Source: Pelomyxa schiedti (taxonomy: Eukaryota > Protista > Evosea). From it: a DNA stretch of 64,000 nt. How positions within the stretch are numbered: position 1 is the first letter of the stretch; each line of letters starts with the position of its first letter. The stretch lies in the NCBI GenBank assembly GCA_020536535.1, contig JAHLWZ010000829.1, positions 1-64,000 of the forward strand. Reading direction: 5' to 3'. Shown in pieces: positions 35,232 through 48,182 of the stretch. The position numbers and the translations under genes are program-made. The notes below the pieces were generated by a model that saw nothing but the letters and a program-made list of their open reading frames with translations, did not search any database and was not told the origin of the DNA.

Positions 35232-38200
35232 ATGTTCGGACAGGAGGAAGACCCCGTGGGTGAAGTTTGGAGTTGGGGTTCAAACGTGACCTTCTCAACC
35301 GGCCATTTCGAGGTTGACAATGCCGGGGAATTGCTGCCAGAACAGGTTGGTGCCGCCTCACTTGTTTCTAAACAAAAAAAGAGTTTCTAAAGCACAGCCT
35401 GGTTTTGTTTTGGTTTTGCTTTGTTTTTTTAGAGGAAATTATACAGTACACCAAGGTATGTTACCAGTTTGGAAGGGGACTCTATTATAATGGTTGCATG
35501 TGGCCAAGGTAACAGCTCAATTTGATTGTATGATCCCACTTTTAAAACCCAAAAGGCCACACTATGGCACTAACCACTGGTCTTCAACTTTGGGCATGGG
35601 GGAAAAATGATTTTGGGCAACTTGGTCTTGGTGACAAGGCATCCTGCTCTTTGATGTTCTAATTGTAGTTTTAACTTTAACTCAAACACACACAAAAAAA
35701 GAGACTACAAATTGTCCCCAGACGAGTTACATCTCTCACAGAACAAATTTCTATGGCGGCATGTGGCTTGAACCACACAATTGCACTTACCACAACAGGC
35801 AATGTGTATACCTGGGGTGAAGGTCGTTTTGGTCGATTGGGTCATGGACCCACAATGTTGGATGACCTACCATCACCACTTCAGGTAGCTTCCTTGCCAG
35901 CTGCAAAAGGAGTATTTGCTGGAGGCAACCAGACAGCAATTATTACGGAAGATGGAACGCTTTTCACGTGGGGGTGGAATGGAAATGGGTAATGGCCCTT
36001 CACCAGTGTAACCCATCTTAATTTGTATCAGGCAACTAGGATTGGGGTAGGACTCTGTTTCATTTGTTAAAACGTAAACATAACTTTTATGAGAAAGAAT
36101 GCACGTCACCTCATAGATTCACAATTATTTTTTTCTAGGTTTACAAATGACATCCTTTCTGGTGTACCTATACCAACTCAAGTCGGTGAAACAAACCGGC
36201 GTCTAATTGACTACATTGATCGGCACGCTATCCGAGAAGGTGAAGGTATGCAAAAATAGCTTTTAGCATTGAAACCTTTATCACTGACAATAGCAACCCG
36301 CCTTCACTAGTATCTCGAATTGGAAATCAATGGGAACTTCTAATTAGTACTGTTCGCTCTACTCTTTTGGGGCTCCAAGATAGAGCTGCACGGGAGCTCA
36401 GTAGACTTTTTCAAAGGACTGACAATGCAGTAAAGGAAGAACAAATCAAGTTAATTCAAGATGTTGCAAAGAATGGTGGTCGTGACGAGTCAACATCACG
36501 GTTGCTTGAACTTTTGGTTCAGGCTTTCCATGAGCTTGACTTGTACAAACTTGTAGAGAGTGAAGGTCGGGGGACTGATGTATGAGCCTGGGAGTTTTGC
36601 TCTTCCCTAATTTTGCTCAGACAGCATTTGTAAAAATAGCCATTGGTGAAAGACACATGGTTGGTATTACACCAGAGAAAAAATTATACACTTGGGGTGA
36701 GTTGCTCTTTCGCCGTTCTTTACAATGACTTACATGACAAAGGCTGCAACGGCCATGGGCAACTAGGAAGACTTACTGAGGGCAACCGAGATTCATTGAA
36801 ACCAGCCCAAATAGAGAACTTTCCTGAAGTTACTGATGTGCGATTAAATGCTCTTTTGCCAGCAACCCATATGCATTAGGTGTCGTGTGGAATGGCACAC
36901 ACTGTTGCCATTTCTAATGGCGTTGTTTTTTCTTGGGGACACAAAGAAGCTGGTAGGCTTGGGTATGCTCTTCAGGCACTTTCTTTCAGTACTCATGCAA
37001 CCTCAATCAGCTACGATATAACAAGCATAACTGATGAGAGAAAACCTCGGCAAGTCCCTGGGGTTACGGGCGCCGCCATTCAAGTTAGCTGTGGAGAGCA
37101 TCACACAGCTGTTTTATGTGAGGATCATACCGTCATGACGTGGTTGGTCGCTTGTCCCATTCTTTTTTGAAACTAACACCCCAAATTAAGGGGTTTTAAT
37201 AACTCTGGCCAGTGCGGGTATACCATCTTCAAACTATTTTCAACTTTCATTAACATTCACAGGTACACAGTAGCCGCTGAAGAGGAATCAAGACCAGTTG
37301 GCCATCCTCCCACCACAATCGCCAGATTTTCTGGAATATCTTTCTTGAGCTCAGGTTGTGCGCATATCGTGACAATTGTCCACACCTCCGATACCTTCTG
37401 CCAGTTATGCAGAGATGGTGATTTAAAGGTAGCAACTCTGGTCCTTATGGCCTTCATTGAATCTGTTGTCTAGGCAATTAAAGAACGAGTACATAATGGC
37501 ACTCAGCCAGCCCACGAGGTTGACAGAAGAGGAAGAACAGGTTCGAGGGTAGTTCCCTCAGGACCCTTCTAAGTGACTACGTTACCACTAGGGTTCTTCT
37601 ATGCAATTGAATTTGGGAGGATGCCCGTTATCAATTATTTACTTGATGTTGGCTGCCAAGTAGACCCCACTGACAAGGAAGGATTCACCCCACTCCATAT
37701 CGCACTTACTTCTGGGCAAAAAGATTGTGTCAAGTATAATTTCTCATTTTTATCCCTCTGCCTGACTTTTCTCCAAAGGCTTCTTCTATCTCGTAAATGC
37801 AATTTGAAGAAGAAGACTATTCGTGATGGTCATACCCCACTTCACATTGCAGCCATATCTAAGAACGTGGACATGGTTCAGTTACTGGTGATTAATGGAT
37901 CGCCTCTTGACATTGTAGATTCAAGTGGCAAAACTGCTCTTGATTACTTGGATCCAAACACTGCTCAAAATATACGAAGTCTCATAGGGAGGTGCGACAT
38001 TGCCGTACTGTGTGCCCCACAAGAGCAAACCTTTGCTCAAAAGTTGGCGACAAGCATAAGAAACTATGACCTGAGTGTCTGGGCCGATGATACTCCTGCC
38101 AAAGAGGTTATGGGTGGCGAGGATTCTGTCTTGTACACAAGTATTATGCACAGGCTAACCAATTCTCGTGCTGTTGTCTGGGTATTACATGCTCATCAAA

Positions 38201-39320
38201 TATGATACAATTCCAATATAAACTAGATTGTATCAAGAAATTCCTTGAATTCTGAGAGAGCCAAGACTCAACTGTTTCTTGCCAAGCAACTGGAAAAGCC
38301 ACTATTTCCAATCTGGTTTGATGTTGTTACAGACCTCCCTGGTGATGTAGAACAGATTATTTACCGAACACAATTAGTCGATTTCTCACCCGCCGTAAGT
38401 TTCGCTCTCATTCCACTCTTTTTCATAAGTAACAGGCAACCTATCAAGAAAGTGTTGTGAAACTAGTTCATGGTCTTCAATTAGCATTAGAAGGAAGGAG
38501 CGCACTCCAACAGGAATCATCTGACGAACCAACCTTGAGTGAAGCTGAAATGGAGCAACAAAAATCCAAAATGGCTACCTTCATGACTGGTAACAGCCCA
38601 AAAATCCATCATGGCATTTGCAGTTTATTTTTATTTTTTCAAACCAGAATCTCAGAAACGACCGTACCTCTTCGTGTGCTTCCATTGGTCTGATCGACGT
38701 GATGTCAATGAATTGCAAAACGCACTTGAAACACACAACTGGCTTTGCTATCCTGGCTACAACAAAGTTCATACAACACAGGTACCTCTCTCGTGACCTG
38801 GATATATGTGGAACCCACAATTTAAATCATAGGAATCCTCTGATCTCCTACTTAATGCCTCGGCCTGCCTTTTCTGTCTTTCGCAGACGTCCTGCAGTAA
38901 CGCGCTTGTACGAGAACAAACAGGTTTCGCCGAAAACCACGGTGTACCTCTGGTAAGTGTCCCACAATTCACTAGATACTAAGTTCGTTCCGGCAATCTA
39001 AATAGTTTCCTGTCCAACTGGGAACCTCTCTGAGACTTGATCCCGCTATGCAATATTCACTAGCCCGCGCTCCATCATTTTTCTTCAATGGCCCACACAA
39101 AAAAGCGGCAGTGGACCAATTGCTCCACTCACTGAATCTCAGCATGTACGTGCGCAGCAGAGAGCTGGAGGAGGTTTCCCTGAGAAAACAGATAAAAAAG
39201 GTCACAGAGGATACAGCTTCCGAGAAACTGCATTTAGCACAACTGAGAGAAATTTTGGCAGAAATGGAAAGAAAGGCTGCAGAACAAAAGAAAGCTGGTG
39301 GGGGTGGTGGCTCTGTGTAA
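35232..39320 (+). CDS. tirA: RCC1-repeat, ankyrin-repeat, tandem-TIR protein (Dictyostelium TirA-like)
   Basis: RCC1 repeats (ACGLNHTIALTTTGNVYTWGEGRFGRLG; SCGEHHT); ankyrin repeats (GFTPLHIA, GHTPLHIA, GKTALD); two TIR-like units (FAQKLATSIRNYDLSVW...VSRNSLNS and HWSDRRDVNELQNALE...LSQTSCSN). The TirA architecture is recalled, not searched. Confidence 0.75.
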
Positions 39321-39499
39321 AAACAAATTAAAAAAAACCCAAATAAAATGTAACAACATGCCAACATCAAGAATTTTTATTATCCATTTTTGTCAAACGT
39401 TCTTTTTTTTGTTGTTTGTTACACCAATCCCCTGCACTCAGAACGCCAAAGTGTGGAAGGAAAAAAAAATCATAATCCTAAACAAAAAGCAATGGAAAA

Positions 39500-40352
39500 C
39501 GAGATCTCAGAGTTAGACAGAGGAAAGGGTTGGTGGGAGAAGGTCGGGTGCTGGTGCTTTGTGGTCTTGGGTCTGCTTCACGTTTTCTCACCTAGCATTC
39601 GTTTGAGAGCTATTGTAAGAGAAAAGATACAAACTCACCTCTCAATGGATTCGGCACTTACAGCCTGAAAGGTTGCTAATGCTACTTGGCTGGGTAGCCT
39701 GTGTGCAGGTACACTGATTCTCCGGGTTGTGTTTGGAAAGGCCACAGCTAAGGAATCTAGAGTGTGCACCCTTAGCTTTGTGGGAGGGGAAAAAAGGAAT
39801 TACCTTGCTGAGAGTACAAAGCAACTCGACTGGTTTTTCTACGCATACACTCGATCAGCTTTCAGGGTAATGCTGCATGCTTATTCAGCTCCAGCTGGAA
39901 TTCCGACTTGCTTGCTAACTCTGGGGCTGGGCTCCTTTTTCTCTAAGTTCAGCCTGTTGCTTACTGGGCACATGCCAGTGAATGTTTTGTAAAAGGGGTG
40001 CGGTTGTGGTACTTACACCCTTCTAGGTCAATATCTTATTGATGGAATATATTTTCTTGAATATGTTGATGATTGGGTGCGCTTTTACCATACCTGCAAC
40101 ACACTTACTATTGCTTGTGACAGTTCAGGAGGTGACATTTCTATCACATTGAATCTCTTTAATGACCCGCAGTATTTCACCACATTTCGAACTACAATTC
40201 AATGTCTTTTCCATGAGGCTCGACAGAGTCACAACAGCTGGGTCGAGAACTGGTATGTGTGCATTACTGTGTGTAACTGACAACGTAACAAGGCACGGTG
40301 TAGTTCTTTGCTTCCAGCTAGCGTGTGACTGCATAAGCCTCACGGTAAACAT
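39500..40352 (-). CDS. Possible small multi-exon hypothetical protein
   Basis: Protein-like open segments (IPVLDPAVVTLSSLMEKTLNCSSKCGEILRVIKEIQ; RVHTLDSLAVAFPNTT...) with GT/AG flanks; no family recognised and boundaries approximate. Confidence 0.25.
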
Positions 40353-40827
40353 TATTGGGTGCTTTTGGGTGACCAAGGCAACAGTACGCGCGTGATATTC
40401 ACGAGTTAGATCGCTTAATGCTCACTGTGCAGATTGCTCGATTATACGATATGGACGCAATGTTGCTGCTTAGAGATTTCGCAACCATAGGCTGGTTTTT
40501 CTTTCGCGACGCACTGAAGAGCGGAGTAATGTTGAGAGAACGACTACAACCAATACAATTATAGCCGAATGTTCTGAACACAAAAAAACTGGTACTTCGG
40601 CCACATGCGTGCGGTCTCCGAATCAGACCCAGGATACGAACCCAATACGTTATGTGCCATAAATATGCAGTGGTCTGTGAGAGTGAATTGTGGGTGGGCT
40701 CGATCAAGCCCAACGCCGCAGTGTGCGTTCTTACCGTTGATGGAAACGAAAAACAACAGCCCCTTTCGCGAATCGTTCGTTTCCGATCTCCCCTCCTGCT
40801 TGGACAGTCAGCAAAAATCAAACCAAC

Positions 40828-42582
40828 ATGAGTGACGGCGTAATCGTACAGCGCAAGAAGTCCAAGGTAACTCACATCCGAGCCCCCACGTTGTATTCGT
40901 TCTCCACTACTAGCATCAACAAACACACAACACTCACCTTGCGGCGTTACAGAACACGAGCAGCAGCAGCCCGACTACTTCCAAGTCCACTGCTACGACT
41001 TCCAGCACATCGCCGGCGGCTGCCCCGGCCCCTGCGGCGGGGAGCCGGTGGCGCACGTGGTGGGTGCGGACGGCAGCCACGCTCGTGATGCTGGGCGTGT
41101 TCTTCTTGGTGATTTACGTGGGCCACTTTGCGTGCGTGGCGCTGATTTTGCTGTGTGAGGCTCTCGTGTTCCAGGAAATCATGAACTTGGCCAACTGCTT
41201 AAGGAGACAGCACCTGAACTAGCCGGATTATCATCTGGTATGCCTACTTTTCCCCTGAACATATTGTTCATTTTGTGGCCTCCTCAAATGAATGAAGGTA
41301 TGTGTTTTTTGTGGCACAGTATTTCCTCCTTGGACTTGTTCTGAAAAGCTACTTTGAAGAGCAGCTGGTTGTGTATCCCGTAATCAACATCTTGTCACAC
41401 CATCACAATATCATTTGCTTCAGTCTGTACCTTGTTGGCAAGTTTTATGTCATCCTCCTTTCGCCTTGACAATAATTAGCCTTTGTTTCCTTTGTGATGA
41501 GTCTGGAAGCAAAAAAATACAAAGCACAATTTGTCCAGTATGGATGGTCACACCTCGTTGTCTTGGCTATCCTCATTCAAGCAAATTTCTGGGTTTACAA
41601 TGTCTTCCAAGGGCTAATCTGGTAAGCCCATTCATTCCACCCAAGCGTACTTAAAACTAAAGGCTCATATTGCCTGCATCTTTGATAATATGCAATGATA
41701 TCTGGGCTTTCATAACTGGGTTCTTCTTTGGACACACTCCTCTCATTCAGCTCAGCCCAAAGAAAACATGGGAGGGATTTATTGGCGGCTTTGTTGCTAC
41801 TGTTATACTTGGTTACATATTGAGTGCCTTATTTATACATCCATGGATGATCTGTCCGAAGACGGCAAATATACATTCCACAATGTATATCTTCTAAACT
41901 GTGAACAGGATCTATTCACATGGTCAGTTCAGTGTGAAATGTCTCCTATATTCTCATTGCACCATTATGCTCTCCCAGCGTTCTTGATTAAGGCCTTTTC
42001 ATTTGTAAGCCTCTCTTTCTCCTATCCCTAAATTGAAGTACTTCAGGTTGGTCTGAACTGGACTCACTTGGTTTGTTATCCCTTCCAACTACATACGTTC
42101 CTTATGGCAATTTTCGGGTATGAAAATGCCAACACAGAGTGCCTCCATTTAATTAAGTCCCAGGTCCCTTGTTGCTCCCTATGGTGGTTTCTTTGCCAGT
42201 GGCTTCAAACGCGCTTTCAAAATCAAGGTGACTTATTCATGTCTCATGCGATCCCTAATGAGTCTCATTTTTTTTTTGTTTTTTTTAACTCAGGACTTTG
42301 ATGAGAAGATTCCCGGGCACGGCGGTGTTACAGACCGCATGGATTGCATGTTCCTAATGGGAACATTCTCCTATCTGTATCTGACCACCTTCATTCTGAC
42401 TCCAGACACAGTGATGACAGTGTTCTCCAAAGTATTATTCCCGTTCCTGTTACAATTCAGGCACTTCTTTTTCTCACCACCGTGCTTTCCTATTATAGGC
42501 CATGGCACTCGGAGACGTTGAGCAAGTTCAGCTTTACGAAAAACTCCACGGTCTTCTTGTTACAAAGGGGCTCTTGGCGTAA
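40828..42582 (+). CDS. CDS1: Phosphatidate cytidylyltransferase (CDP-diacylglycerol synthase)
   Basis: [76 protein letters not shown]. Confidence 0.95.
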
Positions 42583-42672
42583 TCCTCACCTCCAACTTGG
42601 TACCCCAAGTTAGCATAAGAATGCTTTTAAACAACACGTTCCTTGCTTTTTCGCCACATTGGGGTGCAGGAG

Positions 42673-45600
42673 ATGAAGGGCGCCGCGTCGAACTTCGCGA
42701 ATTTGGCTGCGGCACTTGCGCCCGACAGCGAACGAGGTACAGCACTGCGCGACGCCCTGCGGGTGTTGGGCGGCGACGGTGACGCAACAGCAACTGCGGC
42801 CGCTGCGCCCTGCTTGTCGCTGGCCACAGTGTCGAGGTGCCACGCCGCCGCGACCAAGTTGGCGCAGGTGGTGACGGCGGCGGCCGAGGCGCCGGAGAGG
42901 CCCGTGCCGGTTACCTTAAGCAAGGCGATTGTGGGAGCGGGCACGAGGGCACTGTGCATTGAGGCCGTTGCTAACAGCTTGACCCAGGTCCAATTCATTT
43001 CAAGGAAAAAGGGTGTGTGGAGGCTACTCTCAAACATTTTTTTTTTATTTGCTCATTATGTTGATGTGTGACACATGATTAGAATTCACAGAGGAGGTGC
43101 TGAGAGAAATGATGAGGTGTTTCGTTGTGAAGTGCGAGTACCTGTCAATGCAACTGACAGACTCATGGGATACAATCAAAATCGAGCCCCATGTCTCAGT
43201 GGTAAACTAAACAAGAATTTGCTATTGTCATACTTTGGCGAGGATCGAGACTAACTTGACTCTCATACATACATAAGTGCAGATTCAAAACAAAGCAGAG
43301 CACATCAAAGGACTTGTAAACAGGTCCAAGGGACTTGCCTCTGTCCGAAACAGTGATGGGCACACAGCCCTCCATTTGGCGGCAATAATTGACAGGCCTG
43401 ATTGCGCCAGAATTTTGGCACAGTTCCCAGTGCCTGTTCAGGCCACCCGTGGTTCGTTACTTTGCTTATTTTCTGTTCTAACTGATTTAATTCTCTCGTG
43501 GTCGTTACATATTTTCATTGAATTGTGTTGACAGACAACAACGGGAAGACAGCCGCGATTCTTGCCGCGGAATGTGATTCACTGGAAACATTCTCCACGT
43601 TGATGGAAGAAACGATGACGGAGTCAATGATGAACACTGTGTGACAACTCCCTTATTGCTTATCAAAAAATCCCCTGATCAACGGACCGATCCGAAACAG
43701 CTTCTTTGGACTGTTGTCAAGGACTCGAGCACACGATGTTTCCAGCTCCTGGCCAATGTTCCAAACATCTTTGACACATGGCGAGGAACGCACAATGAAA
43801 CACTTCTTCACGTGGCTGCACTCTTTGGGTGCAGAATGATGGTTGATAAGATCATCTCTGCCGGGTGTGTTCATTTTTGCCAATCCCACCAAATTCTCAC
43901 GCGAACAAACACAGAGTTGACAGGTCAATCTGTGATTCACATGGAAACACAGCACTTCATTACGTGTCCAAATCTGGGAATGCAATGTGCCTTGGGAAGG
44001 TTCATTTCCATTTCTCATTTGGTTTTATAATCATCGTTTCTTTGATGCCGCTGATGACAACAAAACAACAGTTGATTGAACATGGGATCAATAAGGACGC
44101 ACGAAATGACAGTGGAGAGACAGCCATTGTTGTTGCCGTGAAGGAAAACTCTCACATCACGCGCTTGTTCATTGACAGAGAGGTGGACTTGCTCATCCCT
44201 GACAGTGAGTAGTTATAAGTATCCTAATGTAATTATTGTGAATTAATATGCTTCTTCTTTCCCTTTCCCTCATCCCCCCTGTTACACAATGATAGATGAA
44301 GGGAACACACCACTTTCCGTGGCGATTGGGACAAACAACCTTCCCGTGGTTCAAGCACTCGTTGGTACTAACAAGATAGATCCTGAGTCCCTTAGGAAAG
44401 GGCTTAATCTTGCAGTTGGGATGGGAAACCTTCCAACCGTGGAGGCTCTTGTCGCATCCAAGGCAACTGATACCAGTATCCTCAGCAGTGGCCTCCTTTC
44501 AGCTGTGAAATACTGTGCGTGTGTGCTCACGAAGACTCTGCCCTTCCAACACACCCTTTCTGCATCCTCATCTGCCCTTCACTCATTCACACAAACCAAC
44601 CCAAAAAAAAAAAAAAAAACAGGTGGAAGAAGCGATCTGACAACAGGATGCTTCCAAAATGGGATTCAAATCATGAAGTTCCTTTCGGCGAGTGGAGGTG
44701 ATATCAATACAAGGGACCCAGATGGGTTCACTCCCATTTATTTAGCTGCCAGTTCTGCCTATACACCCACCCGGTCAGCCCTTGTTTCAGCTGTTCTTGA
44801 TTTGTATGGCATCCTTCTTCGGTTCTTTCTTTTTCATGATAGAACAAACCCTACAGAGGAGGAAATCCAAATCAAGCAGCACCCACCGTTGCATCCTCAC
44901 CACAAAATGCAGAAACACCTTTTATTGCTGTAATGAAACATTCCGATCTTGTTTGTAGTGAACTGATCTTGGGAAAAGGAGCAAAATTAACCAAGTAACC
45001 AATCATCACTACATTCATCCACCAACACTTTTTCCTCAAAAAATTTCCTCAGATATGAGGCCAACTATGGACTCTTCTCAGCAATCAGATACTGTATGCC
45101 GTCACTGCAATAACTGCTTTTCATAATTGTACAATAGGTACTCAAACTACAAGTGCCACCACACCAGAGTTATTTGAGAAATGGTTTCAAATGATGAAGA
45201 CCATGGTCAACTGTGGTGCAGACATCAATTCAACTGATGACAAAGGGTGTTCTCCAATTGCCTTGGCTCTGTGCTCTTCAGAGCCCAGGATTGTCTCTGC
45301 TGTTCTTGACTTGTATGTCTGTTTTATTCAGTCTTTTTTTTTTTCCTGACCCATCTATTCCGCAAAGTGGTGCGAACCCAAATTTGCCGTCAATTCCAGT
45401 CTCCTCGTTTACGAGTGAGTCTCCTCTTATTATGGCTATTAAGCATAAAAACTCTGTGTTCTGTAATCTGCTCATGGATAAAGGAGCAACACTCAACTCG
45501 TATTTTTCACTTTATTCTTCTTCTTCTAACCGAGGAAGAACTGAAGCAAACTCCTCTGTCTCTGGGGAAACTATGCTACTACAAGCAATTAGATATCTAA

Positions 45601-47973
45601 AAAACCCTCGAGTTGTTGCGGAGTTGATTCGGGCTCAAGCCGATCCAAATACACCTGGGTTTCTACTCTAAGTGTTCATTGTTTGTAGTGATTCATTGTA
45701 GGGGACTGTGTAATGGCCTTCCCCTTATTGAGGCAGTAGACAACTTGGAATCATTGAGAATCCTTCTGTCTTGTCCTTCTATAGACATTGAGAAGACAGA
45801 TAGCAATGGCAACACCGCTTTGTTCAAAGCTCTGGAGATGCAGCAACAAGATTGCGTGGAATTGCTGATATCAAAAGGTTGGCTACATTGATGCAACGGC
45901 TTTCTGATAACAAAAATAGGAGGCAATAAACTTACAGCGGCCCAACAAGCCCTACGCACTCGGTGTGCCAAGGCAATGGCCCTTCTTCTCAAAAAGTTTT
46001 CTTCCTCCCAGGTGAACTTCATTAACACCTCTTCTTAGTGGCTTTGATCCCAACTTTATTCTTCCAACTGGGCAATCTCTACTCAGCACCGCCATTTCTC
46101 AGTACTTCCCTGATGAAATGGTTACAGTGATACTTTCTGCTGGTGCCGATCCAATGCTTCCATCCCTGTGAGCATGTTATGTGTCATACTTTGTATAACT
46201 TTAAAAATTCAGTGATGCAACACTGGCAGCATTGGAACACAATTCCTCTTCTGATATATCTTGGTTGGTGCTTTCGAGAGTGGACAAAGACAAAGCCCTA
46301 AATTTTTGTGTAAAAACACAACAGCACAACTGTATAACGAAGTTGGTTAGCTCCAAGAGTACGCATTCTAGATATTGTTTTTCTTCTAACATAAAATTCT
46401 TTTTTCTTTTGGTTTATTTCTTATGACAGTGTTCACCTATGCAGAGTTGCTGCTTAAAGCCCTTGAAAAAGATGACGTAAATCTTCTGGAACTCTTTTTG
46501 AAATGGTTTGACTATTCTACAAATTGTTTTAACATGTTTTCCAAGTCCACTGTCACCAGATGTCCATTTCCCAGATGGCAGTACACCTCTCATTTATGCT
46601 ATCAACAAACAAAACGAAAATGCGGTAAAACTTCTCTTAAAACATAGTGCCTCTGTTTCTTTTTCTGGAAGGTGTGTAATATATATACGTTTCAAGATTT
46701 TGGCTGAAGTACTTCTAGGGATGGATCAGATCCACACACAAGAGCTGAAGGTGGTACGAATAAATCTATTGCAAGAATGATCGAATCAAGTACGGACATA
46801 ACATCCTTGTGCATTTCTTTTGGTGAATAACTGAACCTTACAGGTATCTTCTTGGAGGAAATAGGACCCATTATTGTTGCAGATACTGGTTCTTGGATGA
46901 CCAGGTCTGGCTGGTGCGGTAGTGGCTCACCAAGAACCACGTTTCCCACTATTGTGGGACGCAAAAAGATTGACAACTTTCCACTGAGGTTCTTTGGTAC
47001 GGTTTCCCTTCCCTCCTGATTTCATTTTCTCTGAAGAACCCGAAACTAATCAATTCCTTCAGTTGGTGAGGAATGTGGGGCGTGCACGAGGCCTGTATCT
47101 TTACGCAGTGTAAACAACTTTGATTGCATGGAGAGGGTGTACGGCCACATCATGGATGAAAGCGGCCGGCATCCCATAGTTCTGGCTCGAGGAGTATCCG
47201 AAGGGAAGCCACAACTCGAGAAGACAACGCAAATCATGTTCGAATCCCTTGATGTGCCGGCGCTTTTCATGGCGTCTCAGCCGACACTGGCACTTTATTC
47301 TACAGGCCGGCTAAATGGCTTGGTACTCGACTGCGGATACCAATTATCAGAAGCGGTGCCAATCTTCGAGGGCTTCCCGCTGCGGCACAACATTCAGAGA
47401 CTCGAGTTTGGCGGATTTGATATCGACAACTTGTTTTTGCACTACATGCCAACGCCGAGATACTTGACTAAAGCAACGGTCATCAAAGAGCGTTATGGGT
47501 ACATAGCCTCCAACCCCGCCACCGAGCACGCGGACGCCCACAATTACGAGCTTCCAGACGGCAGTATGGTGCATATTGGGCAGCAGTCCTTCGAGTTCCC
47601 CGAGGCCCTGTTCTCGCCAATCCTCGCCGGCCTAGGCTCCCCGGGAATTCACGAGATCACACACACGAGCATCCAACAATGTGATGCAGATCTGAGGCCG
47701 GAATTGCTCAGCAACATAGTTCTAGCCGGCGGAACAGCGAAATTCCGCGGACTGGCGTCACGCCTGCAAGAGGAAATATCTGCGCTAGCGACAACACGAC
47801 GAAGAGTGAGTGTGAGAATGGCAACGACGCCCGATAATGATGACTGCTCACTGGCAGCGTGGGTTGGTGGGTCGATTATGGGATCGCTCCCTTCTTTACC
47901 AGAAATGTGGATGAGCAAGGAGGATTACGACGAACGTGGCCCTGCCCTGGTCCACAGGATATTCTTGTTATAA
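42673..47973 (+). CDS. Ankyrin-repeat array fused in frame to a C-terminal divergent actin-fold domain
   Basis: All GT-AG junctions traced by hand give one open frame. Ankyrin motifs (GHTALHLAA, GNTALH, GNTPL, GFTPIYLA, GSTPLIYAI) are followed by IIVADTGSWMTRSGW...PRTTFPTIVGR, QIMFESLDVPA, GLVLDCG, YELPDG, PEALFSP, NIVLAGGT, AWVGGSIM and WMSKEDYDERGPALVHR. Confidence 0.88.
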
Positions 47974-48182
47974 TTAATTAAGGTTCTAAACCAAATGGGT
48001 TCGAACTATGCACTACTACTAAAAACCATGGTTCCCAACTTCGGTTTTTTGTGTTTTACACTTTCGAAGGTTGCAACGAAAATTTTAAATGGCTGAATAA
48101 AAGAAAACACCAGACCGCCGATCCTGAGCGACGGTAACGAAAATGACAGCGTTCCGGTCCGTTGATTATTTTATTCGGCCAA

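Noticed and set aside
40395-40926. 175-aa minus ORF, an SRP-like GATCGGAAACG word and short tRNA-like hairpins
   Set aside because: No helix-8 internal loop and no cloverleaf; the ORF has no recognisable features and overlaps the CDS1 start and promoter.
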